64,000 nt of DNA from a bacterium (GTDB taxonomy: Bacteria > Patescibacteriota > Patescibacteriia > UBA1558 > S5-K13): NCBI GenBank assembly GCA_029555085.1, contig JAKPTO010000026.1, positions 1 to 64,000 of the forward strand, read 5' to 3'. The notes below the pieces were generated by a model. It was not told where the DNA came from and ran no database searches. It saw only the letters and a program-made list of their open reading frames with translations. Positions 47,409-57,636 of the stretch are shown here, in pieces. Within the stretch, counting starts at the first letter, position 1; every line of letters begins with the position of its first letter. The translations under genes and the position numbers were made by a program.

Positions 47409-50288
47409 TTATTTTAAACTTATTTCAACTTCAAATTCATTTACCTTTACTTTTTTTTCAATAATTGGAGTATCAATTGATTCAAAAATAATATCTTTTG
47501 CTAAAACATCTTTCTTTAAAGATTGAATATTTTTCTTTATAGATTGAACAAAATTATTGTTCAATATTTTTAAACTAACTATAGCAGTATCTTTGATTGT
47601 CAAATTCGCTTGTTTTCTCAAGGCATTTATGTTTCTCACTAATTCTCGCAAATCTCCCTCGTTCTTTAATTCTTGTGTAATTTCAGTATTTAAATAAACC
47701 TCACCAATAGCTAAATTTTTATCAAATTTGACCTCTTTTACATTTACTTCTTCTGATATTATATCTAAATACGCCTCTTGTAGTTCTCCGCCTTCTATAT
47801 TATAAGAAGCAGAAGAAAGCACTTGCCTAACTTTTATTTGATTCTGGTCTCTCAAATTATGTAATTTCTCAACTATTTTACGAACCTTTTGCATTTCTGA
47901 TAAAATTTTTAAATCGTCCTTGCTAAATTTATGTGTATCTCTCCAATTTAATAAATGCACGGATTCTTGATCTCCATAAACCTCTTTATAAATATGCTCC
48001 GCTGTGAAAGGAATAAATGGAGAAATTGAAACAGCAAATTCCCTAAGAACAAAATTCAAAATTTTTGGAGCGAACTTGTCTTGGTTTTTAAATCTATCTC
48101 TCGATCTTCTTATGTACCAAGTTGATAATTCCAAAATAAAATCTGAAATATGATCAATACATTTTTTAATATCATAAACCTCCAAACTTTCTGTAATATT
48201 ATTTTGCAATTGCTTTATTTCTAAAATAATCCATTTATCTAATAAATTGTCGCTTTCAATAAACTCTAAATCTGATTCGCTTTTATACATATTATAAAAA
48301 GATAAAATATTTGCTAATGTTATAAAATATCTTCCATATATACTAGATAAATCTTTTTCAGAAAAACACAAATCGCCAGATTTTACAGCCTGAGATCCCA
48401 ACAAATAAAAACGCAATACATCAGCAGAATATTTCTGTATTATTTCAGTGGGCTCTGGATAATTTTTTAATCTTTTAGACATTTTCTTCCCGTCTTCTGC
48501 CAATACCATCCCATTTACAACAACATTTTTAAATGCTGGTTTTTTGAATAATGCTGTCGCAAGCACCATAAGTGTATAAAACCAGCCCCTTGTTTGATCC
48601 TGACCCTCAGCTATAAAATCTGCTGGAAAATTTTTATCAAACCATTCTTTATTCTCAAATGGGTAATGTATTCCAGCGTATGGCATAGATCCGGATTCAA
48701 ACCAACAATCTAAAACATCTGGGATTCTTTTTATTTTTTTAGAACATTTTTTACAATCAATTTCTATATCATCAATAAAATGCTTATGCAAATCATCTAT
48801 TTTTTTACCACTTGCTTGTTCTAATTCCTCTTTTGAACCAAATACTACAATTTCTCCACAATCACATTTCCAAACAGGAATTGGTGCTCCCCAATACCTT
48901 TGACGAGATATTGACCAATCTCTTGCCCCTTCTAACCATTTGCCAAATCTTCCATCTTTAAAAGATTCTGGAATCCAATTTGTTTGTTTATTTGCATGAA
49001 TTAAGTCTTTTTTAATTTTTGTAACTTCGACAAACCATGATTTAGTTGCATAATTTAAAAGTGGACTATCGCATCTCCAACAATGAGGATAACTATGTTC
49101 ATATTTTTCTTTAGAAAAAGCCAAATTTTTTGAATCAAGAAATTTTAAAATTTCTACATCCACTTTTTGATGATTGTCTTTTGGTTTTACATATTGACCA
49201 GCAAAATCTTTTACATCACTTGTAAACTTTCCTTGAGAATCAACATGTTGTATAAATGGAAGTTTCATCTCTTTTCCCAAATTCATATCATCTTCACCAT
49301 ATGCTGGCGCAATATGAACAATTCCAGTTCCATCTTCAATTGTTACGAAATCCGCATTATAAATTTTATAAATATTTTCTTTATTTTTTAAATTTTTATC
49401 CACAAAATAATCAAATAATGGTTTGTATGATTTACCAACAAGTTCCGCGCCTTTAAACTCCTTTATAATAGAAGGATTTACAAATTGATCTTTAAATACT
49501 TCATATCTGTCTTTTGCCAAAATATAAACATCATCTCCTGAGCTAATTTTTAAATAATGAATATGTTTCCCAACTGCCAAGGCAACATTACCTGGCAATG
49601 TCCATGGAGTTGTTGTCCACGCCAACACAAAAGTATTTGGCGAATCAACAAGTTCAAACTTAGCAGTTACTGAAATATCTTTTATGTCTTTATATCCCTG
49701 AGCTACTTCAAAATTTGATAATGTGGTTCCACAATGAGGACAAATATGCATGGATTTATAACCCTCATATATAAGTCCCTTTTTCCATAGTTCTTTAAAA
49801 ACCCACCAAACAGATTCCATGTAGTTTACATCCATTGTTTTATAATCATCTTGCATATCAACCCACCTACCAATCATTGGAATAAACTTTCTCCACTCCC
49901 CAGCGTATTTCATAACACTTTTTCTACAATATTCATTAAAATCATGAACAGAATACTTTTCTTCTATTTCTTTTTTACCATTTAATCCCAATTCTGATTC
50001 AACTTCATTTTCAACTGGAAGTCCGTGACAATCCCAACCCCATTTTCTCCTAACATAATATCCCTGCATTGTTTTAAATCTAGGAATTACATCTTTTATA
50101 ATAGACGCAACTATATGACCATAATGAGGCAACCCATTTGCAAATGGCGGACCATCGTAAAAAGAAAAATCACCTTTTGTAGATTTTTTCAAAGATTTTT
50201 CGAAAATTTTATTTTCTTCCCAAAAATTTAAAATATCACGCTCTTTTTCGTATAAAGTAGATATTTTCTGATTATTATTTTTTTCCAT
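47409..50288 (-). CDS. ileS: Isoleucine--tRNA ligase (IleRS2 type)
   Basis: DGPPFANGLPHYGH, GWDCHGLP, WTTTPWTLP, DQTRGWF, KMSKR. Confidence 0.96.
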   Translation of the reverse strand: MEKNNNQKISTLYEKERDILNFWEENKIFEKSLKKSTKGDFSFYDGPPFANGLPHYGHIVASIIKDVIPRFKTMQGYYVRRKWGWDCHGLPVENEVESELGLNGKKEIEEKYSVHDFNEYCRKSVMKYAGEWRKFIPMIGRWVDMQDDYKTMDVNYMESVWWVFKELWKKGLIYEGYKSMHICPHCGTTLSNFEVAQGYKDIKDISVTAKFELVDSPNTFVLAWTTTPWTLPGNVALAVGKHIHYLKISSGDDVYILAKDRYEVFKDQFVNPSIIKEFKGAELVGKSYKPLFDYFVDKNLKNKENIYKIYNADFVTIEDGTGIVHIAPAYGEDDMNLGKEMKLPFIQHVDSQGKFTSDVKDFAGQYVKPKDNHQKVDVEILKFLDSKNLAFSKEKYEHSYPHCWRCDSPLLNYATKSWFVEVTKIKKDLIHANKQTNWIPESFKDGRFGKWLEGARDWSISRQRYWGAPIPVWKCDCGEIVVFGSKEELEQASGKKIDDLHKHFIDDIEIDCKKCSKKIKRIPDVLDCWFESGSMPYAGIHYPFENKEWFDKNFPADFIAEGQDQTRGWFYTLMVLATALFKKPAFKNVVVNGMVLAEDGKKMSKRLKNYPEPTEIIQKYSADVLRFYLLGSQAVKSGDLCFSEKDLSSIYGRYFITLANILSFYNMYKSESDLEFIESDNLLDKWIILEIKQLQNNITESLEVYDIKKCIDHISDFILELSTWYIRRSRDRFKNQDKFAPKILNFVLREFAVSISPFIPFTAEHIYKEVYGDQESVHLLNWRDTHKFSKDDLKILSEMQKVRKIVEKLHNLRDQNQIKVRQVLSSASYNIEGGELQEAYLDIISEEVNVKEVKFDKNLAIGEVYLNTEITQELKNEGDLRELVRNINALRKQANLTIKDTAIVSLKILNNNFVQSIKKNIQSLKKDVLAKDIIFESIDTPIIEKKVKVNEFEVEISLK

Positions 50289-50364
50289 ATATTTTTATTC
50301 TATTCTAATAAAAAATTAAATTTATACTTGTTTAATTTAACAACAAAATCACAATAAATCAAGA

Positions 50365-50502
50365 CTAAAAAAACAACATTTTTATTAACTCCAGCGCTTT
50401 ATTTTTTTTATTATGACGACTTTTTCTGATAACTTTTGACTTATTATTTGTTTCAAAACCAAAACTTGATGATATTATTGTTTTTTTTCTTTTTGATTTC
50501 AT
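50365..50502 (-). CDS. Possible 45-aa basic small protein
   Basis: ATG-initiated ORF MKSKRKKTIISSSFGF...MLFF fills the gap 17 bp after the MerR-like gene; no homology recognised. Confidence 0.3.
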   Translation of the reverse strand: MKSKRKKTIISSSFGFETNNKSKVIRKSRHNKKNKALELIKMLFF

Positions 50503-50519
50503 AATATTTTAATTAAAAA

Positions 50520-50747
50520 TTATTGTTTATTTTTCAAATATGATTTTATTTCGGCAATTGTAAAACGTTTATTGGTTTGGAGCCGTTCTATTTCTTTTAT
50601 TGTTTTTAATGCTTTACTTTTTTCATATAAACGATACCCGCCTCTTGTAAAAGAATCGGGTTTTAATAAACCCTCCTTGGTATAAAAATGTATTGCCGAT
50701 GGCAATCTATTTATATGAGACGCGAGTTCTCCAATTTTTAGTAACAT
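50520..50747 (-). CDS. Minimal MerR-family HTH protein
   Basis: LKIGELA...AIHFYTKEGLL...GGYRLY; no effector domain. Confidence 0.88.
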   Translation of the reverse strand: MLLKIGELASHINRLPSAIHFYTKEGLLKPDSFTRGGYRLYEKSKALKTIKEIERLQTNKRFTIAEIKSYLKNKQ

Positions 50748-50801
50748 TGTTATTTATTATTTTCATTAAGGTAGAATTAATCTTTGCTCTGCTCTACTAC
50801 A

Positions 50802-50854
50802 ATTATATATTAAAAAATTAAAAGTGTAAAGTATGTATTATCACTTTATACTTT
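50802..50854 (-). promoter_or_regulatory. Promoter of the MerR-like gene with overlapping palindromic operator
   Basis: Minus strand TTTACA-17-TATAAT (50830-50802). Inverted repeat AAAGTGTAAAGT-N10-ACTTTATACTTT at 50821-50854. Confidence 0.5.
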
Positions 50855-50901
50855 ATGGTTATAAAAATAAAAAAACTTCTAAATTAAAAGTTAAAAATAA
50901 A

Positions 50902-50931
50902 AAAATCTCCCTATTGAGCTAGGGAGATTTT
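50902..50931 (-). terminator. Intrinsic terminator
   Basis: AAAATCTCCCTA-N6-TAGGGAGATTTT with an A run on the left. Confidence 0.8.
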
Positions 50932-50943
50932 GAAAAGCTAGTA

Positions 50944-51423
50944 TTATTTGTTTTGCTCTGCGATATACTGATTAATTGCTGTTACTACTTTTCCGTCTGT
51001 CTTTAATTCTTCTATAAAAATAACATGAGCTTTATTTATAGACATTTCATCTTTTGGTCCATGTAATTCATTTCCTAATTTTACTAAAGATAGTCCTTGT
51101 TGTTGCTGTGTTGAATCAGCTGGTTGTAATGCTGTTGTTACTTGTAAGTAGTATATATTCCTTAAAGTAACTTCTTCGTTGGTATTTTTTACAACATTGC
51201 CAAAGTAAACCTGACCGTTTGATAAAAATACTGCTTGCCATTTACCATTAGATCCATCTTTATCAATACCTAGAATATTAAATTTTGTAAATCTAGATAC
51301 TCCATAAAGACATACTAGTATAACAGCAATAACAATTACTACTGTCATTATCCATCTAAAAATGGATTTCTTTTCTACTGGTTCTGTTACTTTTGTTGTA
51401 ACATTTTCCGTTTTTTTGTCCAT
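50944..51423 (-). CDS. Conserved CPR-type single-TM hypothetical protein
   Basis: WQAVFLSNGQVYFG, YYLQ, LVKLGNELHGP. Confidence 0.75.
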   Translation of the reverse strand: MDKKTENVTTKVTEPVEKKSIFRWIMTVVIVIAVILVCLYGVSRFTKFNILGIDKDGSNGKWQAVFLSNGQVYFGNVVKNTNEEVTLRNIYYLQVTTALQPADSTQQQQGLSLVKLGNELHGPKDEMSINKAHVIFIEELKTDGKVVTAINQYIAEQNK

Positions 51424-51566
51424 ATTTTTGACCTTTCTTTATGATTATATTTAATTATTTTATAGAGATATTATAACACCTTTAAATAATTTTTTAAAGA
51501 TGCTTTAACTACTATATTTTTGGCTTATTTAAGCCATTTTATATATAAAATAATGTATAAATAAAT

Positions 51567-51989
51567 TTATTTGGTTTTTTCTACATACAAAGGAGCCACT
51601 CCTATTATCTTATCTGTGCTTGGTCTATATAAAATTACTTTCATGGATTTTGTATATATAAGCAAATTATCGCCATTTTCTGCATTCTCAAAAAAAGGAT
51701 AATCTTTTAATTTTTCTTCATTTAAAACATTTGCAACCTGAGGAATTTCATCAGATGGCAATTCTATTAATCTTGAAACTCGTTTTATTATTTTTTCTGA
51801 TCGTCCTCTATCTCCCATATTTAGTTTGTAAGAATTTGATTTGATTTTTTTGTAAACAACTACAACGCCAAAACATATTCCAACAATTAAAATAATTATA
51901 ATTATTATTTTAAATAATTTTTTAAAATTAAAACTTTTCTTCTTTTTCTTTGAAAGTATTCTTAGATCTAGAACTCTATTTTTACTCAT
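51567..51989 (-). CDS. Conserved CPR-type single-TM hypothetical protein
   Basis: LIELPSDEIPQVA, FFENAENGDNLLIY, LYRPS. Confidence 0.7.
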   Translation of the reverse strand: MSKNRVLDLRILSKKKKKSFNFKKLFKIIIIIILIVGICFGVVVVYKKIKSNSYKLNMGDRGRSEKIIKRVSRLIELPSDEIPQVANVLNEEKLKDYPFFENAENGDNLLIYTKSMKVILYRPSTDKIIGVAPLYVEKTK

Positions 51990-52028
51990 GATGTTTATTT
52001 TCTAATTGGATTAGATGTTTAATATAAT

Positions 52029-55000
52029 TTATTCTTCTATTGTCTCTATTGTGACTTCTGTTTCTGTTATTGTTGTTTCTGTTGTTTCCTCTGCCGAAGT
52101 TTCCTGTTCTGTGGTTGTATCTGTTTGAGTTGTGTCTATTGAGGTTTCCGTGGTTTGATTACCTGATGAGATATCATCCTCTATTGTAGTTTCTGTTGTG
52201 TCTTCTATTGGAGTTTCTTGTTCTGTGGTTGTTTCTGTTTGAGTTGTGTCTATTGAGGTTTCTGTGGTTTGATTACCTGATGAGATATTGTCCTCTGTTG
52301 TTGTTTCTGTTGTGTCTTCTATTGGAGTTTCTTCTATTAAACCCTGCTCTGTTGAAGATGAAATCAATTCTGATGTTCCATCGCTACTAAATATCATTCC
52401 CTTGTATGCTCCGAATGAATGCCAGTCAAATATCACATCAGTTTCTTGAGTATTTTCTATCTTTATCACAAAACCATTCTTTGTAACTTCGTCTATATAA
52501 TAACCGCCATTGATTAATGCGCGTGGAGAAATCGTTATAACTGGATCATTTCTATATTCATGCTCAAACATGACTGCTGTACTTGTTGCGCCTGTTAAAA
52601 TCTTTGCTTGACCAACCGTATCACGACCTAAATCAACTAATCCCTCAACTTGCAATGCGCCAGACAATACCAAATCTTCTAATGCGTCAAGCGACATTCC
52701 AAATTGCGCTCTAATTTCATTAATTTGTTGCTGTTGTTCTTGTATTGCTGAAACCATTACTGGCGTAAATGATTCATAGTCAATTGATTTGTTTCCACTT
52801 TCATCAATATTTAAAAGTTCTGGCGCAATTTCTTCTACTTGAGTTGTTATAAATCCTAATTTATTAATTTGTGTTTCATTTTCTATCCATACGAAATTTA
52901 CTGCTTCAATGTCTGTTAATTTATTAAGCGAAATTATTCCATCTAATTGATCTATTGTTGCATTTTCTACAATTTGTTCTGAAGATGGGACAGAATTATT
53001 TAATTGATTTCTTAAATTAGTAATTTCATTATTCAATGAATCAAATCTTTGTTCTATGTTATATGAATCTATAATGCTTTGTATTTCTGAAATATTTTCA
53101 TCTTTTGCTTCTAAGACCTTAGTTGTCACCTCTTTTTCAATTTCATTCACTGTTACACTCTTATTGTTTCTTGAAATTAATACATTTATAGTTCCAAAAT
53201 CTCCACTAAATGATTCAAGCGCAACTCCGACTGTTGAGTCGCCCTGATTTGCTTTCATTAAATATCCTTGTCTTGATGCACTTGTCAAAGAATCACCCGG
53301 ATTAATATCTCCATTTTCATTTGAGACAAATGCTGGAATCTGACCTAAAAGCGCTACTAATTTATAATTTGGATTATTTTTGTATTCTTCTTTTGAATTT
53401 CCTATAAATCCAGGCTTGGTTGAAATAATTCCAATAATATTTGAATCACTTGATGTGGCGCACCTTGATATAGCATTGTTATTTGCAAAGTCAATACATA
53501 CAACCTCTCCTGATGAAATATTTGTATTATTAGTATAAAAATATTCTGCATAGTCAGCTGCTGGTGTGTCATAACCAGTATCAGCTAAAACTAAGCCATC
53601 GGAGCTAACCGTAAAGACATTATCCCCTTCCGAATTCTGCAAAACAAATCCCAATACTTTTTCCTTTCCAAGATTTTTTATCGTGGTTCGACCAATATAA
53701 TCTACTGAAAAAAGAGTTTCTTCGTATTCCACCCTACTTTGTATCTCAAATAAATTAGCGGAAGGGTGAGCTGATGTATTTACTACTTTTAACACCGGAA
53801 CATGCCCCAAGTCACTAACTATTGTAGCTGATTTAATTAATTCTATAGGTACATCCGCGATTATTTTAGATTGCGATAGTGTTAAAGGGGAAACATTATT
53901 GGTTTCATCTCTAAATTCTAATGTCCCATATGCATATGAAGAAGAATGTGGTCTTATTGCCCAAGTAGATGTTCCTACGTGAATTTCTTCTGCCCAAAGA
54001 TCAGTCCATCTATAATCTGATGAACCAAGAGTATAGGTTAAATTTGACTCAGGAACAATATCTCGCATAGTTGATGTTCCTGTTACATTGAGTGTTCCAG
54101 CACCTGTATTTATTACTAAATCTGTTCCGTTCCATAAAATATTTGCATCTTGATCTTCTCCGAGATAGAGAGCAGCATTATCTTCGTCTATATAAACATT
54201 ACCTGTAGCAAAAGCTCGAAAATTAGCAAGATCTGCACGTGAATGACCTAACCATATCTTAGACGACGGTTGAGTGGCAAAAAAACTAGAGAGAGTATAT
54301 ATAAGACCATTAACTCTAAGAGCGCTACCAAAATATGAATGACCTTTTACATCTAAAGTTCCTTCTACATATAAATCATTATCATCAAGTTCAAGGGTAC
54401 TAACTCCGCTATTTGATATTGCATTATATGGTAACGCGCTTACTCCACCTATATTAAATACATTATTATTAGCAAATACTATATGACCACCTGTAGTATT
54501 TATTGTTAAATCTCCTGAAGAATCAGTTCCAAATGTTGTTGAAGTTGCAGAATTGTATCCTAGTGTCAATTGTGGTGAAGTTGAGTTTACTACATGAAGC
54601 GCGGATGACGGCGCTGTAATACCGATACCGACATTACCACCATTAAAATATGATGCACCCCTAGAATGCAGTAAAATAGTCGAGTCATTAGATGAATTTC
54701 TCATGGTAAGGGATGTATTAGATCCGCTACGCAACAAAACTCCTCCTGAACTAGGCACAATATTTAACTGGCCAGACGCTCTAATTTCCTGATTTCCAGA
54801 TGATGGGAAAAATGATATAGATCTAGTTTTAGTAGAATCATAAAAATAAACATCTCCAGTAACATCTAGAGTTGCTTGCGGATCATTTGTCCCAATTCCG
54901 ACCCTTCCTGAATTATAATAAATACCATTACCATATGCGTTTGGGGTCCACCGGGATGACACAATTGGCGATCCGTTTATAGAAAATCCGGCTGCATCTA

Positions 55001-57572
55001 CTATTCCAGTTGAAGCAGTGATAGTTGCACGACCGCCGACTGATAAGTTATTCGTTAGTGTAGTGGCACCGTTTAAAGTTATAGTATCGTCACTATTTGC
55101 ATATAAAATTCTTCCCCAATCACCATCACTGGCTCCATATTTTACAAACGCAGTTCCTCCACCCACGCCATAAGAACCCATTGGTGCGGTATAACCAGCA
55201 GCAAGATGTTCATCTGATATAACAATATTCATTTCTCCTCCATAACCATCTACAACAAAACTTGCTATTGTATTAACATTACTATCAACTACTGTTAGCG
55301 CATACTGTGGTGTTGTGGTACCGATTCCGACGTTGCCTGATCCGACATTAACTGCTATGTTATTATAATGCATTATATCGTTGTAACCGCTAATATCTAC
55401 AGCCTCATAAACTACCATTGGTGCATCTCCCGCTAAATCATATATACCAAACTCATCGTTGCTAAACATTCCACCATTACCAATATAAAAACCTCCTTTG
55501 CTATAATCGCCACTTTCAAAACTAGCAATCATATCTGTACTTGAAACATGTAAACCGCTCAGAGGATCTGTCGTCCCTATCCCAACATTTCCTGAGTTAT
55601 AGTAAATATCAGATCCATTTGTAATCCACTGAGATGATACAATTGGCGAGCCATTTATAGAAAATCCGGCTGCATCTACTATTCCGGTTGAAGCGGTGAT
55701 AGTTGCGCGACCGCCGACTGATAGATCGCCTATAAACGAAGAAGCGCCTGATTGTAATATTTTTAATACTGTACCACCATAATAATAAGCATTCTCACTA
55801 GTATCATACACGGCTATATAAGTATCATCACCCTTATTAATTAAACCTATTTCATCAGTTATGGCGCCAGAAACCAATGCTACTGGACCATATAAACCAT
55901 TAGCAATTATCTCTGATCCAAAATCAGCAATTCCCGTTAAAGCAGTAATAGTTACCTTGCCTCCTATTGATATATCTCCGGTAAAATTAGCTCCTGATAA
56001 AAGTGCATAAGAAGTTGAAGCAGCAGTCCACACAGGATCTAATTCTGTAATTAAACTTCCAAGTGGTGAACCATTCCAATAAAGATCTCCACCTAGATTA
56101 TATAATGTATCTACTGTTACAGCTGGAGTTGAAGATGCGATATTCAAACCATTATTTGTTACTACTAATCCCATTGCGGTTGTTGTTGCAAACGAAGAAC
56201 TTCCAGTTACTATTAAACTAGCAGATGAATATAAATCTGATGATAAATTTACAGGACCGTCAAAAGTATTTATTCCCGTCCATGTATTATTATCAGATAA
56301 AGACACCCCTCCCCCATTTTGAACTATCGTAGTTCCACCACCAATAAAATTATATACGCCCCCAGTAAAAGACCCGTCCTCCCCTTTATCTCCTTTGTCT
56401 CCTTTTTCGCCAGTATCTCCTTTTGGTCCAGCATCTCCCTTGTCTCCTTTTTCACCTTTTACCAAAATTGTTTTTTGGATAACCTGCGTATCACCATTTG
56501 CTGTATGATAATTTTGAATTATTTGGGGTTGAACTTTGTCGGTAGCCCCGAGATAAATATTTTTTATCTCCTGCGTTTCAGCTGCATCTCTTATAAATCG
56601 AACAACGCTATCCCTAAGAACTAAATTTATTGATAAAACTTTATTCGCAAATTTTTTTGATATATTCTCAGAATAATCTCTATATTTATTTAAAGAAACA
56701 AGAGAATTAATTATTTTCTGTAAAAATGTTAGCTTAGATGAAATATTGACAGACACCTCGCTTGCGCCAAGTACTCTATGAGATGGGTTATTTTCTGTAT
56801 AATAATTATCTTTTTTATTTAAAAACGCTCTTGGGTTAAAATATGAAATCCTATCAACAACAGAATGAGCTAATTCTTTATAATTATTTTTATAGCGTTT
56901 TAATAAATTAAAATTATTAAGTTGTGAATTTCTTAAAAATTTACCAAAATTTGTTAATTTATTTTTTATGTTTGAAAATTGATATTTGTAAGCATTGGAA
57001 AATTTCTCAGAAGAAAGTGATAAAATTCTTTCTACTTTATTTTGATTTTCTCCATAAGTACCGAGAGCAGAAGGAATAAAAAATCTCATTGTCAAAATTA
57101 ATAAAAAACTTATAGCTAAAAAATTTGCCAATCCAATTAATTGATTCGGAGAATGTGGTTTTGGGGATCTAAACTTTGAAGATTTTAAATTAGAATATTT
57201 TTTAGACTTATCAAATTTAAAAAATGTAAAAACTGACAATAAAAAATTTCTAAAAATGTTTACTATATGATAAAAAGTTTTTTTAAATTTTTCTTTATTA
57301 AAAAAATGAATTTCTGCTAAAAGTATGTCTGGTAAATTTGGTTTTCTATTAAGTGAAACATCTTCATACTGAATTTGAAAATTCATCTCACTATTCTTCT
57401 CTTCATACTCTTTCAAGTAGCTTTTTTTCGTAAACCATATTCCATCAATTTTCTCTGCTTTTAATTTTCCCTGCCTCGCGCGAAGAGATAAATATTCTTG
57501 TGAATATGAACAATACTTTGTCGCCTGTGACAAAGTAATGTATGGTTCTATTTGTTGATTTTGTTCGTCCAT
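52029..57572 (-). CDS. Giant surface fibre protein: N-terminal HTH, TM, collagen repeat, tail-fibre-like repeats, G2-like and S74-like chaperone domains, T/E-rich tail
   Basis: YITLSQA...YSQEYLSLRARQGKLKAEKIDGIW; (GxK/D)n; repeated GNVGIGTT.P; ADYAEYF; LGFITTQVEEIAPEL...IDY...AIQEQQ. Confidence 0.8.
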   Translation of the reverse strand: MDEQNQQIEPYITLSQATKYCSYSQEYLSLRARQGKLKAEKIDGIWFTKKSYLKEYEEKNSEMNFQIQYEDVSLNRKPNLPDILLAEIHFFNKEKFKKTFYHIVNIFRNFLLSVFTFFKFDKSKKYSNLKSSKFRSPKPHSPNQLIGLANFLAISFLLILTMRFFIPSALGTYGENQNKVERILSLSSEKFSNAYKYQFSNIKNKLTNFGKFLRNSQLNNFNLLKRYKNNYKELAHSVVDRISYFNPRAFLNKKDNYYTENNPSHRVLGASEVSVNISSKLTFLQKIINSLVSLNKYRDYSENISKKFANKVLSINLVLRDSVVRFIRDAAETQEIKNIYLGATDKVQPQIIQNYHTANGDTQVIQKTILVKGEKGDKGDAGPKGDTGEKGDKGDKGEDGSFTGGVYNFIGGGTTIVQNGGGVSLSDNNTWTGINTFDGPVNLSSDLYSSASLIVTGSSSFATTTAMGLVVTNNGLNIASSTPAVTVDTLYNLGGDLYWNGSPLGSLITELDPVWTAASTSYALLSGANFTGDISIGGKVTITALTGIADFGSEIIANGLYGPVALVSGAITDEIGLINKGDDTYIAVYDTSENAYYYGGTVLKILQSGASSFIGDLSVGGRATITASTGIVDAAGFSINGSPIVSSQWITNGSDIYYNSGNVGIGTTDPLSGLHVSSTDMIASFESGDYSKGGFYIGNGGMFSNDEFGIYDLAGDAPMVVYEAVDISGYNDIMHYNNIAVNVGSGNVGIGTTTPQYALTVVDSNVNTIASFVVDGYGGEMNIVISDEHLAAGYTAPMGSYGVGGGTAFVKYGASDGDWGRILYANSDDTITLNGATTLTNNLSVGGRATITASTGIVDAAGFSINGSPIVSSRWTPNAYGNGIYYNSGRVGIGTNDPQATLDVTGDVYFYDSTKTRSISFFPSSGNQEIRASGQLNIVPSSGGVLLRSGSNTSLTMRNSSNDSTILLHSRGASYFNGGNVGIGITAPSSALHVVNSTSPQLTLGYNSATSTTFGTDSSGDLTINTTGGHIVFANNNVFNIGGVSALPYNAISNSGVSTLELDDNDLYVEGTLDVKGHSYFGSALRVNGLIYTLSSFFATQPSSKIWLGHSRADLANFRAFATGNVYIDEDNAALYLGEDQDANILWNGTDLVINTGAGTLNVTGTSTMRDIVPESNLTYTLGSSDYRWTDLWAEEIHVGTSTWAIRPHSSSYAYGTLEFRDETNNVSPLTLSQSKIIADVPIELIKSATIVSDLGHVPVLKVVNTSAHPSANLFEIQSRVEYEETLFSVDYIGRTTIKNLGKEKVLGFVLQNSEGDNVFTVSSDGLVLADTGYDTPAADYAEYFYTNNTNISSGEVVCIDFANNNAISRCATSSDSNIIGIISTKPGFIGNSKEEYKNNPNYKLVALLGQIPAFVSNENGDINPGDSLTSASRQGYLMKANQGDSTVGVALESFSGDFGTINVLISRNNKSVTVNEIEKEVTTKVLEAKDENISEIQSIIDSYNIEQRFDSLNNEITNLRNQLNNSVPSSEQIVENATIDQLDGIISLNKLTDIEAVNFVWIENETQINKLGFITTQVEEIAPELLNIDESGNKSIDYESFTPVMVSAIQEQQQQINEIRAQFGMSLDALEDLVLSGALQVEGLVDLGRDTVGQAKILTGATSTAVMFEHEYRNDPVITISPRALINGGYYIDEVTKNGFVIKIENTQETDVIFDWHSFGAYKGMIFSSDGTSELISSSTEQGLIEETPIEDTTETTTEDNISSGNQTTETSIDTTQTETTTEQETPIEDTTETTIEDDISSGNQTTETSIDTTQTDTTTEQETSAEETTETTITETEVTIETIEE
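52100..52333 (-). repeat. Intragenic tandem repeat, 2 x 114 bp
   Basis: Encodes ETPIEDTTETT.ED.ISSGNQTTETSIDTTQT.TTTEQ twice. Confidence 0.85.
54955..55723 (-). repeat. Intragenic 91-bp direct repeat (54955-55045 and 55633-55723)
   Basis: Both copies encode LSVGGRATITASTGIVDAAGFSINGSPIVSS; 6 nucleotide differences, none changing the peptide. Confidence 0.85.
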
Positions 57573-57636
57573 ATTGACAAGCTTGTATGAAATTTTATTT
57601 TTGTTTTAGATTTCATATCTTCTATTATTATATATA

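Noticed and set aside
54955-55723. 91-bp repeat pair as a DGR template/variable repeat
   Set aside because: Both copies are in-frame in one gene, the differences are silent and not adenine-specific, and no reverse transcriptase is in the window.
52029-57572. Tail-fibre-like gene as evidence of a prophage
   Set aside because: No capsid, terminase, portal or other phage genes; the protein has a TM anchor and CPR-type neighbours.
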